IMG/VR virus record: IMGVR_UViG_3300037424_002587 | Location: 1-62,513 of that record | DNA from: a virus | Lineage: Duplodnaviria > Caudoviricetes | Reading direction: 5' to 3' (one strand) | DNA: 62,513 nucleotides | In this document: piece by piece, positions 28,440-37,331 of the stretch | Layout: the number at the start of each line of letters is the position of its first letter | Position numbering within the stretch: position 1 is the stretch's first letter | Notes under the pieces: generated by a model | Databases searched by the model: none | What the model was told of the DNA's origin: nothing | Seen by the model: the letters and a program-made list of their open reading frames with translations, nothing else | Translations under genes and position numbers: made by a program

Positions 28440-30879
28440 CTTCTATTGAAAATTCTTCTGAAGGTTGATTAGGAATAATTGAGCCATCATTTGGTTCTTC
28501 ACCTTCATAATCTGTTAGCATCATATAGTTAAATCTTTCACTAACTCGAAAACTAAACCTTTGTTGCGATCTAGCTTTTTGCTGATCAATAGTAATAATG
28601 TGCCCTGTTTCTCGCGCTATTTCTTCACTATATTGCCAAGCCCAGACATTATCCGAGTGTTCTAAAATGGCACGACTGTATTTTACTTTACTATCATCAT
28701 TTAACTGACATAGTAATACTCCTACCATATCCATTTTTTTAATAAAACGTTTAGTAAAACGAGCAACTTCACCCAATGCCTTCCATGGCTCATTACCCCT
28801 GACATCCAACAGAGACACATAATCTACAATTAATACAGCATAGCCAAAACGAGTCAATCTAAAACATACATCTTGAATGCTCAAATCATCCACGGGGCAA
28901 TAAATGCTATATTTACAATTCTTTTGCTTCCCTAACTTAACAAATTCTTCCCAAGTCTTTGTTGCATGTTGTTGCTGTTTTTCCGAGAGTCTGCCTAATA
29001 GAATATCCAAGGAATCTAATCTACAAATGTTTGAAAGAATCCTAGAAACTATCTCTTCATGATCCATTTCCAAAGAAACAAGTGCCACATTATAACCTTG
29101 ACGATACATATTGATAAGTAATTGAACTGCACAGCAACTATTGTGAGTAACCACAAAACTATCTGTAATGTATAAATGATCAGGGTGGTTAATCATTATA
29201 CATTGCGTTGGTTGTATTCCTAAATATTTAATACTTTTAATTTCACATTTAAGGGAGATTTCCTTTGCTCTCTTGACTCTGTCTGCTTTTCTTGAAAGTT
29301 TGAATAAAGTTTCAGGTTCATTGTATCTGATACAACATTTGAAACGCGTTTTACATCTTTTTTTAATACCTTCTTTTGTTTTATAATAAGATTTTTTAAT
29401 TCGAATTTTACAAAGGCCCCCCAATGATCTCACCAAATACTGAATATCAAGGGCTAATTTATGACTAGAAGTACTTATAGAGAAACTACCTCCCCAATCT
29501 TCGCCTCTATAATTGGCTTCGCCGTCTGTATCACTCAAACCCCTTAGAAGTTCTAAACGTTGTTCAATTGATCCCTTCTTATAAATTTCTGGAATAAATT
29601 TTTCCCAAGCATATTTATGAGCAAGTTTTAAATCAAAAATAACTTGATTATAATAATTTAAAAATTTTCCTTTTCGCAATTCATTACATATCTTAAATGT
29701 TTCATTTTCTTCTCGAATTAAAGAATAATCACATTTATTATTTTTTACTTTTTTTAAACAATAACCATTTATCATTTTACTTGATAATCTATCTAGAATA
29801 TCTTTATCTATATTGGAAAAACCTATTCTATTCCCAAAATGACCGTCACCTAATAATAAACCCAGTACATAGGGATCCAAAGGAAGAATTTTATTCGTAT
29901 TTTCGATAGCCTTTGGTAAGGGTATATACAATCTTCGCCATTTACTTTTCTTTAATTTTAATATTTCTTTTAAAGAAAGAACTCTCCAAGGATCTCGTTT
30001 ATAATAAACACGTTTTCCGTTTACAGTAGTATTACTTTGTCCCCAAGAAGGACTATATACTTTCCATAGATGATTTTCATCACAATCTGTAGTTCTACCA
30101 TCTTCAAATGTTATTCGATAAGTTGGACGCAATCCTTGAGGAAAAACATGTGTAACACGAGATGCTTCTCCACTCGAAGCAGAAACTATATCTCCCACTT
30201 TTATGTTTCCCATCTTTATCCAACCATCCGGAGTTTTAATAAGAGAATATAAAGGTTGAGCCTTTCCTCCAGATGAACTGGAAGCTATTGATATTAATGC
30301 ACCTTTACGTAAGCCTCCATTTATATTATCAAAACTTTTAAACCCTGTCGGAATATAAGATGTTACATTTCCCCCTATTATATTTTTAACTAAAAGATCA
30401 GCATTACAATCAGTTCCTATATGAATTAATTCCTCATCCATGTCACCAGAAACTCTTGCATTTAAAACTGAACTTTCATATAAGTTGATTACCTGATTTA
30501 TATCAACCTTTTTCTCTTGTAATAATTTTAATGTTTGTTCGCTACAATCGTAACAAATTCTTATTTTCCTATATTCATTAAGTTGACTTAATAAGGGCTT
30601 AGTATCTGTTGTATTTTTGATACGTTGAAAATTTTTATAATGCCGTACAAGATCTTTTGCTTCCTCTGAAAGAGCGGGATCTTCTAATAAAGTTGGAATG
30701 TTTGGAATTTCTTTTCCGTTTTTAACCAAACAAAAAACTCTGGTATACACTTCTCTCGCAGCAGGTACTCCAAAATGAGTATCCTTTAAAGATCCTATTA
30801 AAAATGTTTTAACATCGGTTAAACCACTACAAAGATTTACGAGAGCAGTTATTTCCGTCGAAGGGGAACACGTTTTCAT
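28420..30879 (-). CDS. dnaB: Replicative DNA helicase DnaB with intein
   Basis: IPTGF..FD...GGL, Walker A SSSGGK|S, VSLEM, IVDY, LCQLN, SRAILEHSD. Confidence 0.9.
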   Translation of the reverse strand: MKTCSPSTEITALVNLCSGLTDVKTFLIGSLKDTHFGVPAAREVYTRVFCLVKNGKEIPNIPTLLEDPALSEEAKDLVRHYKNFQRIKNTTDTKPLLSQLNEYRKIRICYDCSEQTLKLLQEKKVDINQVINLYESSVLNARVSGDMDEELIHIGTDCNADLLVKNIIGGNVTSYIPTGFKSFDNINGGLRKGALISIASSSSGGKAQPLYSLIKTPDGWIKMGNIKVGDIVSASSGEASRVTHVFPQGLRPTYRITFEDGRTTDCDENHLWKVYSPSWGQSNTTVNGKRVYYKRDPWRVLSLKEILKLKKSKWRRLYIPLPKAIENTNKILPLDPYVLGLLLGDGHFGNRIGFSNIDKDILDRLSSKMINGYCLKKVKNNKCDYSLIREENETFKICNELRKGKFLNYYNQVIFDLKLAHKYAWEKFIPEIYKKGSIEQRLELLRGLSDTDGEANYRGEDWGGSFSISTSSHKLALDIQYLVRSLGGLCKIRIKKSYYKTKEGIKKRCKTRFKCCIRYNEPETLFKLSRKADRVKRAKEISLKCEIKSIKYLGIQPTQCIMINHPDHLYITDSFVVTHNSCCAVQLLINMYRQGYNVALVSLEMDHEEIVSRILSNICRLDSLDILLGRLSEKQQQHATKTWEEFVKLGKQKNCKYSIYCPVDDLSIQDVCFRLTRFGYAVLIVDYVSLLDVRGNEPWKALGEVARFTKRFIKKMDMVGVLLCQLNDDSKVKYSRAILEHSDNVWAWQYSEEIARETGHIITIDQQKARSQQRFSFRVSERFNYMMLTDYEGEEPNDGSIIPNQPSEEFSIEDDSVEY
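29140..30261 (-). mobile_element. Class 3 (Ala1, WCT) intein with LAGLIDADG endonuclease in DnaB Walker A, 374 aa
   Basis: Begins AQPLYSLIKTPDGW; block B HLW, block F TQCI, ends YITDSFVVTHN|S; LGLLLGDG and LLRGLSDTDG. Confidence 0.9.
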
Positions 30880-30914
30880 ACTATATTGTTTCCATTCCTA
30901 AATTTTCTCAATTT

Positions 30915-31502
30915 TTATACCGCCTCAATTTTTTTTATACCACCCACCTGAAAAAATATTGCATTTTTATGTAATCTATTTTTAAAAAATTCCACAATAT
31001 TCTTTGTAATAACAGGAACTACTAATACAGAATTAGCAAAAACACTCATTAAAGTTCTCGCGTTTTCTATAGCAAAAATTGTACAATCTTCCGTAAGATC
31101 TATTATACACACTACTTCAGGAGCATATTCTTGATTTAATAATTCTTTTGGAATATTAAGTAAAGAAGATAAAGTTACAATGTTAAATGTCTTATTATTA
31201 TCGTGAAATTTATATAGAAGGGACGTAGCTCCTGCTAAACAACCAACATCTGTCGGATAAGAACCAATTCCGATTATTAAAGGTTGCGCTATTAATTTAC
31301 TTGACAATTCTTTGTAGATCTTACTTTGCTTAGCAGTAGGAATAGTAACCATTTTATTATTATCTGAATAATTAATAACTTTAAATTGCAGATCATATCC
31401 AATATATTTGTGATAGGCATAAGGTAAACCATTTTTTAATAGTGAAAGTTTATCTACTTCCAATTTACCAATAAAAGTTTTTGGAATATTATTGTTATTC
31501 AT
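30915..31502 (-). CDS. Hypothetical protein (possible degenerate P-loop/helicase-loader-like)
   Basis: Immediately upstream of dnaB; alpha/beta pattern without an intact Walker A. Confidence 0.5.
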   Translation of the reverse strand: MNNNNIPKTFIGKLEVDKLSLLKNGLPYAYHKYIGYDLQFKVINYSDNNKMVTIPTAKQSKIYKELSSKLIAQPLIIGIGSYPTDVGCLAGATSLLYKFHDNNKTFNIVTLSSLLNIPKELLNQEYAPEVVCIIDLTEDCTIFAIENARTLMSVFANSVLVVPVITKNIVEFFKNRLHKNAIFFQVGGIKKIEAV

Positions 31503-31595
31503 TATTATTTTCTTTTCTTATAGTTAAACTTCTCGTATTTTTATTTTGTCTCTTCAAGATGTTTCTTTTACTTTTATACCACCTATCAAGTCCAA

Positions 31596-31802
31596 TTATT
31601 CAACTTCAGGAAAAGTTGAATACCTTTGATCGGAGTCCTTGTAAATTCGATGCACGTAGTAGTTATGTAGATCAATATGTAAAGATATCAAAGGTTGAAT
31701 ATTTTGAAGGCATTCTATAAAAAGCTCTGGCTTAAAATATGTAAAACCTTCATGTACGGCTATATTACGTTTTTTACATATTTTTTTACAAAATTCAACC
31801 AC
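31596..31802 (-). CDS. Small hypothetical protein
   Basis: ORF track only. Confidence 0.35.
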   Translation of the reverse strand: MVEFCKKICKKRNIAVHEGFTYFKPELFIECLQNIQPLISLHIDLHNYYVHRIYKDSDQRYSTFPEVE

Positions 31803-31826
31803 ATTTTTGTAGTCTTTCTTAAACTC

Positions 31827-32426
31827 TCAATTTAAATTTTTAATAGCAGTATCAAATTCATCACCTGTAAGTTTAGGAAACCATTTCTCCCAACTATATC
31901 TGTGTCCCTTATGTATTTCATCGTTAAATTCCTTCCAGTTTCGACTTGAAGGTTTATTCCGAGCCATCCATAAGTGATAAAGAAAATGCTTAAAAAGTAT
32001 TTCTACCAATGTTTGAAAAAATGTAGCAGCAGTGACAGAGTCTGGATTACTACAACAAAAGGGTTGAAAATTATAATGCTTGATTATTGCTTGTTCAACT
32101 ATTAAATTACAAATTTTTTGTAACACTACCATAGAAAAATAAGATTCACCACAGGGACTGCTGCGACCACAACACTCGGTGGGATATCCAACTCTCATTC
32201 GTTCCATATCATGATCCACTCTCCCGCAATATTGACATATAAGAGTCTTTTCGGGACCACAATAATCACTGAGTTCGTGCATTAAATAATTTTTATCTTC
32301 TACCAAAATATTTTCTGATCGTATTTGCTTAACAGTTTCGGCTATATTATAAACCATTTTTAAATTTCCTTTTTTATTACGAATTTTAAATTTCACGTTC
32401 CTAAATATGTTAACCACTCTTACCAT
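31827..32426 (-). CDS. Hypothetical protein (Cys-containing)
   Basis: ORF track; CQYCG motif. Confidence 0.55.
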   Translation of the reverse strand: MVRVVNIFRNVKFKIRNKKGNLKMVYNIAETVKQIRSENILVEDKNYLMHELSDYCGPEKTLICQYCGRVDHDMERMRVGYPTECCGRSSPCGESYFSMVVLQKICNLIVEQAIIKHYNFQPFCCSNPDSVTAATFFQTLVEILFKHFLYHLWMARNKPSSRNWKEFNDEIHKGHRYSWEKWFPKLTGDEFDTAIKNLN

Positions 32427-32455
32427 AAATCACTTTTCTTCTTTTACAAAAACTT

Positions 32456-34321
32456 TCAGTGTGCGGGAGTGTGTTGTATTACAAATTTTAAATTTCCACA
32501 ATCCCAAATTCTTGTATAACCTTCTTGCAATCTCAATAGCCACTCTGGAGTATCTTTCGGCTCATCTGGTCTCTTTCTTAATGCAAAACGATGGATTCTT
32601 TTTAAACCCTTAACATACCAGTAATTAGGTTTTGTGATACTTTCTAATTCAAATCCTAATTTATAATACATATTACCTACAGACCATCTACGATCAGCAA
32701 ATGAATATATAGTTTTCCATTTATAATTTTTCTTAAAATAACTTAACAACTTACTTGCTATCCCAGGAATATGAAAGTTGTAATCACAACAATAACGATT
32801 TAATTCCCAATTAAAGTCATTTTTCTTCTTTACACCTTTAGCTAATGATCCATGATTAAAAGTCATTACAGCTAATAATATATCATTATAAAAAGCACCA
32901 AGACTTAATGGCGAATTATCGAAACCTTGTAAGTGATATTTTATTAAAAATTCATTTTTTTTATTGCTTGATATTTCTTTGATAATACAAGATCTCGCAT
33001 GTATGCGTTGAGAATTATTAACTCCTAAAATTTGCTGCAAGCGATATTTAACAATATCTTGATGGTAAAACCATTCATCTTCAAATATTTGAATAAGAGT
33101 AATATTTTTAGATTGACAAAGATTAAGTTTATTTAAATGGTAATTTTTATCTTTACCCGCAGTTTCAGAATGCCAATATAAACCATTATATTCAAGGGCT
33201 AAAGCTTTTTCTGGAATATAAATGTCTAACTCTAAAGGACTAATTGTATTTCTATTATTTTCAAAAACATTAAAATTAAAAGATTGAGATTTTATATAAT
33301 TTAAAATTTCTGTTTCTGCAATACTCTTATATTTTGGATAACAATTTGGACACCTTCCACAGCCTTGATATAAATTAAAGAAAACTGTTTCAAACTCTAA
33401 ATCACATATTTGACATTTAACTCGTATTATTTCATGTGCATTTTTATAAGGGGATAGAAATTGAAGTTTTAAATTTTGTAGAAGAACTTCAACCTTAGGT
33501 AACTGCTTATTTAGTTGAAATTTAATAATCTTAGTCTTTACTTCATTATTTCGACTGGGAGTATTCACTCCATACTTTTTAAAACAAGTTTCTTCAATTT
33601 GCTGCCTAATGATGGGAGCCTGTAAACAGTGAGATACTCCGTATTTATGAAGATTAGTTGCAATTGTTTTTTGTTTCTTTTGTATTTTCTGCTCAAACGT
33701 TTTAGAAGCAACTGTAGCTTTTTGTTTATTTTTAACTTGCTCATTTTGAGAAGATACAGACGCACCATATCTTTTAAGATTAGTATTTTGCATTTTTGCA
33801 ATAATCTTTTTACACTTTAAAGGATGATCTATACCATAATGTTCCAAGCTTGTATTTTTCTTTTTAAGCTTTATTTCTTCTACTTGTGAGGGGTTTTCTA
33901 CTCCATACTTTATTAGGCAAGTATTTTTCTTTTTATTTTTTATTTGCTCATTCTGATTTGGATTTTTAACTCCAAATTTTTCAAGACATGTGTTTTTAAT
34001 TTTATTTTTTATCTGTTTATTTTGAAAAACATTTGGAACACCATATTTTTCGACACATGTTTTCTCATACTTTTTACGAGTTTCTGAACAAGAGGCAGAA
34101 CATTTTAAAGAACAAAACTGAGAATAACCTCTGTTTATACCTCGAAACTTGTTAAACTTCTTGCATGAAGAAATTTGTCCATACATAAGGCAAATTTCTT
34201 CATGATCTTTTTTAAAAAATCTATCATAATACTCTTGTATTGTTAGACCATGGGTATTTAAACAGTGTCTTTTAAGGATTTTTTCAGTTAGCTCTTGATT
34301 GCAAATCAAACATTTTACCAT
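32456..34321 (-). CDS. Homing endonuclease-like protein (Zn finger, KYGVxN repeats, PD-(D/E)xK nuclease, GNAT-like C-terminus)
   Basis: Repeats T.LEKYGV.NP.Q; ELDIYIPE..LALEYNGLYWH; C-terminal YHLQG..WELNRY..GIASKLL..SFADRRWS.G. Confidence 0.8.
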   Translation of the reverse strand: MVKCLICNQELTEKILKRHCLNTHGLTIQEYYDRFFKKDHEEICLMYGQISSCKKFNKFRGINRGYSQFCSLKCSASCSETRKKYEKTCVEKYGVPNVFQNKQIKNKIKNTCLEKFGVKNPNQNEQIKNKKKNTCLIKYGVENPSQVEEIKLKKKNTSLEHYGIDHPLKCKKIIAKMQNTNLKRYGASVSSQNEQVKNKQKATVASKTFEQKIQKKQKTIATNLHKYGVSHCLQAPIIRQQIEETCFKKYGVNTPSRNNEVKTKIIKFQLNKQLPKVEVLLQNLKLQFLSPYKNAHEIIRVKCQICDLEFETVFFNLYQGCGRCPNCYPKYKSIAETEILNYIKSQSFNFNVFENNRNTISPLELDIYIPEKALALEYNGLYWHSETAGKDKNYHLNKLNLCQSKNITLIQIFEDEWFYHQDIVKYRLQQILGVNNSQRIHARSCIIKEISSNKKNEFLIKYHLQGFDNSPLSLGAFYNDILLAVMTFNHGSLAKGVKKKNDFNWELNRYCCDYNFHIPGIASKLLSYFKKNYKWKTIYSFADRRWSVGNMYYKLGFELESITKPNYWYVKGLKRIHRFALRKRPDEPKDTPEWLLRLQEGYTRIWDCGNLKFVIQHTPAH

Positions 34322-35781
34322 TGATTCTTCTTTTTAGTGTATACACTTTCTGTATACACGACTTCAAAATTTTGTTCTATATGCACCTTATCAATAATCT
34401 TAAAACATGCAAATACTGCACCATGCCCTCGATCTAAGAATACACGAATAAGAGGCGTCTGTTTCTTTTTACCCAATTTACATTCTAATTCTTTAGGGTA
34501 AGGTGTGCGAATACGACTCATTTCTTGGTAATAATTTTTATCATAAGCCATCGGAATAACGTGATAATAACAATCAAGCAAAGGAATATCTATACCGAGT
34601 TTAATCATCTTACGCATAGCAATTACAACTTCATATTTACCATCGCGTATACTATCTAATAACTTTTTACGACCTAACTTAGGTACTCGGCCATCATATG
34701 TTGCAACAGTTAAGCCTGATGCAGTTAACTGTTGAGCTAATAGGTCAATATGTTTTATTCGCTCGGTAACTATAAGTACATATCTACCATCATCAACATC
34801 TTTTTTTGCCATATTGCATATTTGTTCGTTTCTCTCCTCATTTTCACTTAAACGCTTTATAAAAGTAGTCCATTGTCGAAACGGGGATACTTGTACTCCT
34901 GTATTTATAATAACTACTTTACAATGCATTTCATTTGATTCACCAGCAGAGGTAACTGGTCCCATTATATCATAAACGAGACACTCCATACTATCTTTTC
35001 TCTTGGGTGTTGCTGAAAGTCCTAAACGATATCGAGCATTTATACTATTCGTTACTGTACGAAAGCAATTTGCTGCAGCCGTATGTACTTCGTCGACAAT
35101 TACCAATCCAAAAGTATTTTGAATGCCTCCCAAAAAGTTTTTGCCTTTATCAGTAATAAAAGATTGATAAGTACTAAGACACACATCATAATCTGACAAG
35201 TCTTCTCGACAATTTGTAATACCTACAATTTTATCTGTATTATACTTTTCTTGCAACTCTTTTAGATTAGTATGATTTTGAAAAGTGGTTAAAAACTGAT
35301 CCAATAAATCTTGTTGATGTGTTAAAACAAGAGTTTTTTGTCTTAATGAACAAGTTATAAAACTCGACATACAAGTTTTTCCAGATCTGGGACTAGATTG
35401 CAATATTCCATATTTATATTTTAACCACTTATTCGTAGTTATTATTTGATTATCCCACAATTTGGAAGTGAATTTTAAATCATATTTGAATGATGCATTG
35501 GTTGTTTGATCAACTATTTGAAGATCTTTAAAAATTTTATAGATTTTACCCAAATTGCCTCGACAAAAAGCCATATAGCCTTTATTACGACTATATGTTC
35601 TTATTTCACGAGTTTCGTAAAGAGGACACTCCAAACAAGCACTTGAATCTTCATGTTTATTAGTGCACCTTTGACAAGCTGTATCATCTATACAATATGT
35701 AAAAAAATCTAACAAACTTACATTTTCTTCCACAAATGAAGCAGGCACATACAGCCTCTCCCTCAAATATGCTTTTATCAT
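34315..35781 (-). CDS. Superfamily 2 (DEAH/ResIII-like) helicase
   Basis: SPRSGKT, IVDEVH, LGLSATPKR, GIDIP, QEMSRIR. Confidence 0.9.
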   Translation of the reverse strand: MIKAYLRERLYVPASFVEENVSLLDFFTYCIDDTACQRCTNKHEDSSACLECPLYETREIRTYSRNKGYMAFCRGNLGKIYKIFKDLQIVDQTTNASFKYDLKFTSKLWDNQIITTNKWLKYKYGILQSSPRSGKTCMSSFITCSLRQKTLVLTHQQDLLDQFLTTFQNHTNLKELQEKYNTDKIVGITNCREDLSDYDVCLSTYQSFITDKGKNFLGGIQNTFGLVIVDEVHTAAANCFRTVTNSINARYRLGLSATPKRKDSMECLVYDIMGPVTSAGESNEMHCKVVIINTGVQVSPFRQWTTFIKRLSENEERNEQICNMAKKDVDDGRYVLIVTERIKHIDLLAQQLTASGLTVATYDGRVPKLGRKKLLDSIRDGKYEVVIAMRKMIKLGIDIPLLDCYYHVIPMAYDKNYYQEMSRIRTPYPKELECKLGKKKQTPLIRVFLDRGHGAVFACFKIIDKVHIEQNFEVVYTESVYTKKKNQW

Positions 35782-35783
35782 TA

Positions 35784-35927
35784 TTAACCTTTATTAAATT
35801 GATTATTTTTATCTTTCAAATTTTCTTTTTCGACATCTTTCTTTTCTTGTTTTTCCACCTCAATTATACCTTCAGATTGTCTCACTTCGCCTGTAATGAA
35901 TACAGGACGTTTTTTATCCTCACTCAT
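35784..35927 (-). CDS. Small charged hypothetical protein (47 aa)
   Basis: Strong RBS AGGAGGTG before ATG; MSEDKKRPVFITGEVRQSEGIIEVEKQ...; stop abuts the helicase start. Confidence 0.55.
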   Translation of the reverse strand: MSEDKKRPVFITGEVRQSEGIIEVEKQEKKDVEKENLKDKNNQFNKG

Positions 35928-35965
35928 CCTATCACCTCCTCTCTTTAATTATACCTTTTTTGAAG

Positions 35966-36069
35966 ATTAACATCCCAAAATGTCTTGATGGTCGAAATGA
36001 TCGTTGTTCATTGAACAATAAGGCTATCAAAGACCATTCGACAATTTTGGGTTTTCTCAATCTAAGATT
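35966..36069 (-). mobile_element. IS200/IS605-type mini element with extended hairpin (degenerate)
   Basis: Minus strand TTTAT|aatcttagattgagaaaacccaaaattgtcgaatggtc...gaccatcaagacattttgggatgttaat; shares its left segment with 19085 and 45735. Confidence 0.6.
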
Positions 36070-36082
36070 ATAAAAGCAACCC

Positions 36083-37000
36083 TTAAAACTCTTCAAGTTC
36101 TTCTTTTTCGATGTCTTCTTTTTCGATGTCTTCTTTTTCGATATCTTTAAGCTCTTGTTCTTTAACTAAAGTAGAATTCTCACCTCTTTTCTTTAACAAA
36201 GATTTTGGCAGATTAAGAACAAATTCATATTTAATATCCAATGGTAAATAGGTAGTTAAATAATTGAAATCTAACTTATTAGTTTTAGTTTCTTGTAGAG
36301 CAATTTTAGAAGGGGTATGATAAATATTAATATCCATAAAAGCTGTTCTTAATGCTTTTCCCTTATAACTCGAAACATAAGCTATAAGCTTTTCGACTGC
36401 AGCTGATGGGATAGAATAAATCCTACATAAAGACCCCAACTTCTTTTTACCCAAAATTCCCACCACAAATTGAAGTAGTCCTTCAGAAGCTTCACCCCTT
36501 TCCTTATTACCTAAATGTTCAATAGCTTCTTGTATCATAGAACTTAATTCGGTTTCTGTATTAAGATTTCGTTGAATAACTTTAGTTTTTAATGAAATCT
36601 CTTCCAAAGGAACATCAGTAGTAATCTTAATTTCTTCTACACCCAAACAACACTCATCTAAGGCGGCATTTAGATCTGCAGGTACTATAGATACAAATTG
36701 AAAGCTATTACCTCTTTTTCTAACATCTTTAACATTATTTGTTATTTTAAATAAACTAGAAATAGTATCCATTATAATAATTTTGCTTGTTTGTAAATTA
36801 AAACCCTCTTCGACAACTGCTAATAAATTTTCTACACTTGCAAACATTATTACTTTAGTGCGAATATCAGGACATTCCAAAAATTCAGCTAACTTTTTTA
36901 AATTTTCTTGAAATACATTAGTAATTATAAGGGGTTTGTATTTGTCTCTATCGATTAAAAGAGCAAGAACTGCAGGTGAGTACTGCGTAAAGCCTATCAT
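36083..37000 (-). CDS. Hypothetical protein
   Basis: 305-aa ORF; RBS and start lie within the mini-element end. Confidence 0.7.
   Translation of the reverse strand: MIGFTQYSPAVLALLIDRDKYKPLIITNVFQENLKKLAEFLECPDIRTKVIMFASVENLLAVVEEGFNLQTSKIIIMDTISSLFKITNNVKDVRKRGNSFQFVSIVPADLNAALDECCLGVEEIKITTDVPLEEISLKTKVIQRNLNTETELSSMIQEAIEHLGNKERGEASEGLLQFVVGILGKKKLGSLCRIYSIPSAAVEKLIAYVSSYKGKALRTAFMDINIYHTPSKIALQETKTNKLDFNYLTTYLPLDIKYEFVLNLPKSLLKKRGENSTLVKEQELKDIEKEDIEKEDIEKEELEEF
36101..36145. repeat. 15-bp tandem repeat x3 encoding DIEKE
   Basis: ttctttttcgatgtc x2 plus ttctttttcgatatc. Confidence 0.8.
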
Positions 37001-37089
37001 GATTCAAAATTCCTTTCTTTAATAATATTCCTGTTATATTTTTTATGAATCACCCATAGTTGTCCACAGGACAACTATGGGTGATTCAC
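36998..37089. mobile_element. Mini element carrying both ends of the tnpB unit; perfect palindrome
   Basis: ttcaaaattcctttcttta is identical to 57523-57541; tgaatcacccatagttgtcc-aca-ggacaactatgggtgattca is a 20-bp perfect inverted repeat. Confidence 0.8.
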
Positions 37090-37098
37090 TTTGATACT

Positions 37099-37251
37099 TT
37101 ATTTTAACAATTCAATTAGTACATTAAAAAAAGCTAAAACGATAGTACCTATCAAAGCCACCAATAAAGGAGTTTCATCTTTTGTATACTTAGTTCCAAG
37201 TGCAGCACCTAACCACATAAATAATATAGATAAAGCGAACCATAAATTCAT
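37099..37251 (-). CDS. Small two-TM membrane protein (50 aa)
   Basis: Manual translation MNLWFALSILFMWLGAALGTKYTKDETPLLVALIGTIVLAFFNVLIELLK; AAGGA RBS. Confidence 0.55.
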   Translation of the reverse strand: MNLWFALSILFMWLGAALGTKYTKDETPLLVALIGTIVLAFFNVLIELLK

Positions 37252-37331
37252 AAATGTATATTCCTTATACGCTTATCTCGATATTTTCTTTGTACTTTGC
37301 GAGAGAATCAAACAACCAAGATTATGATGCA

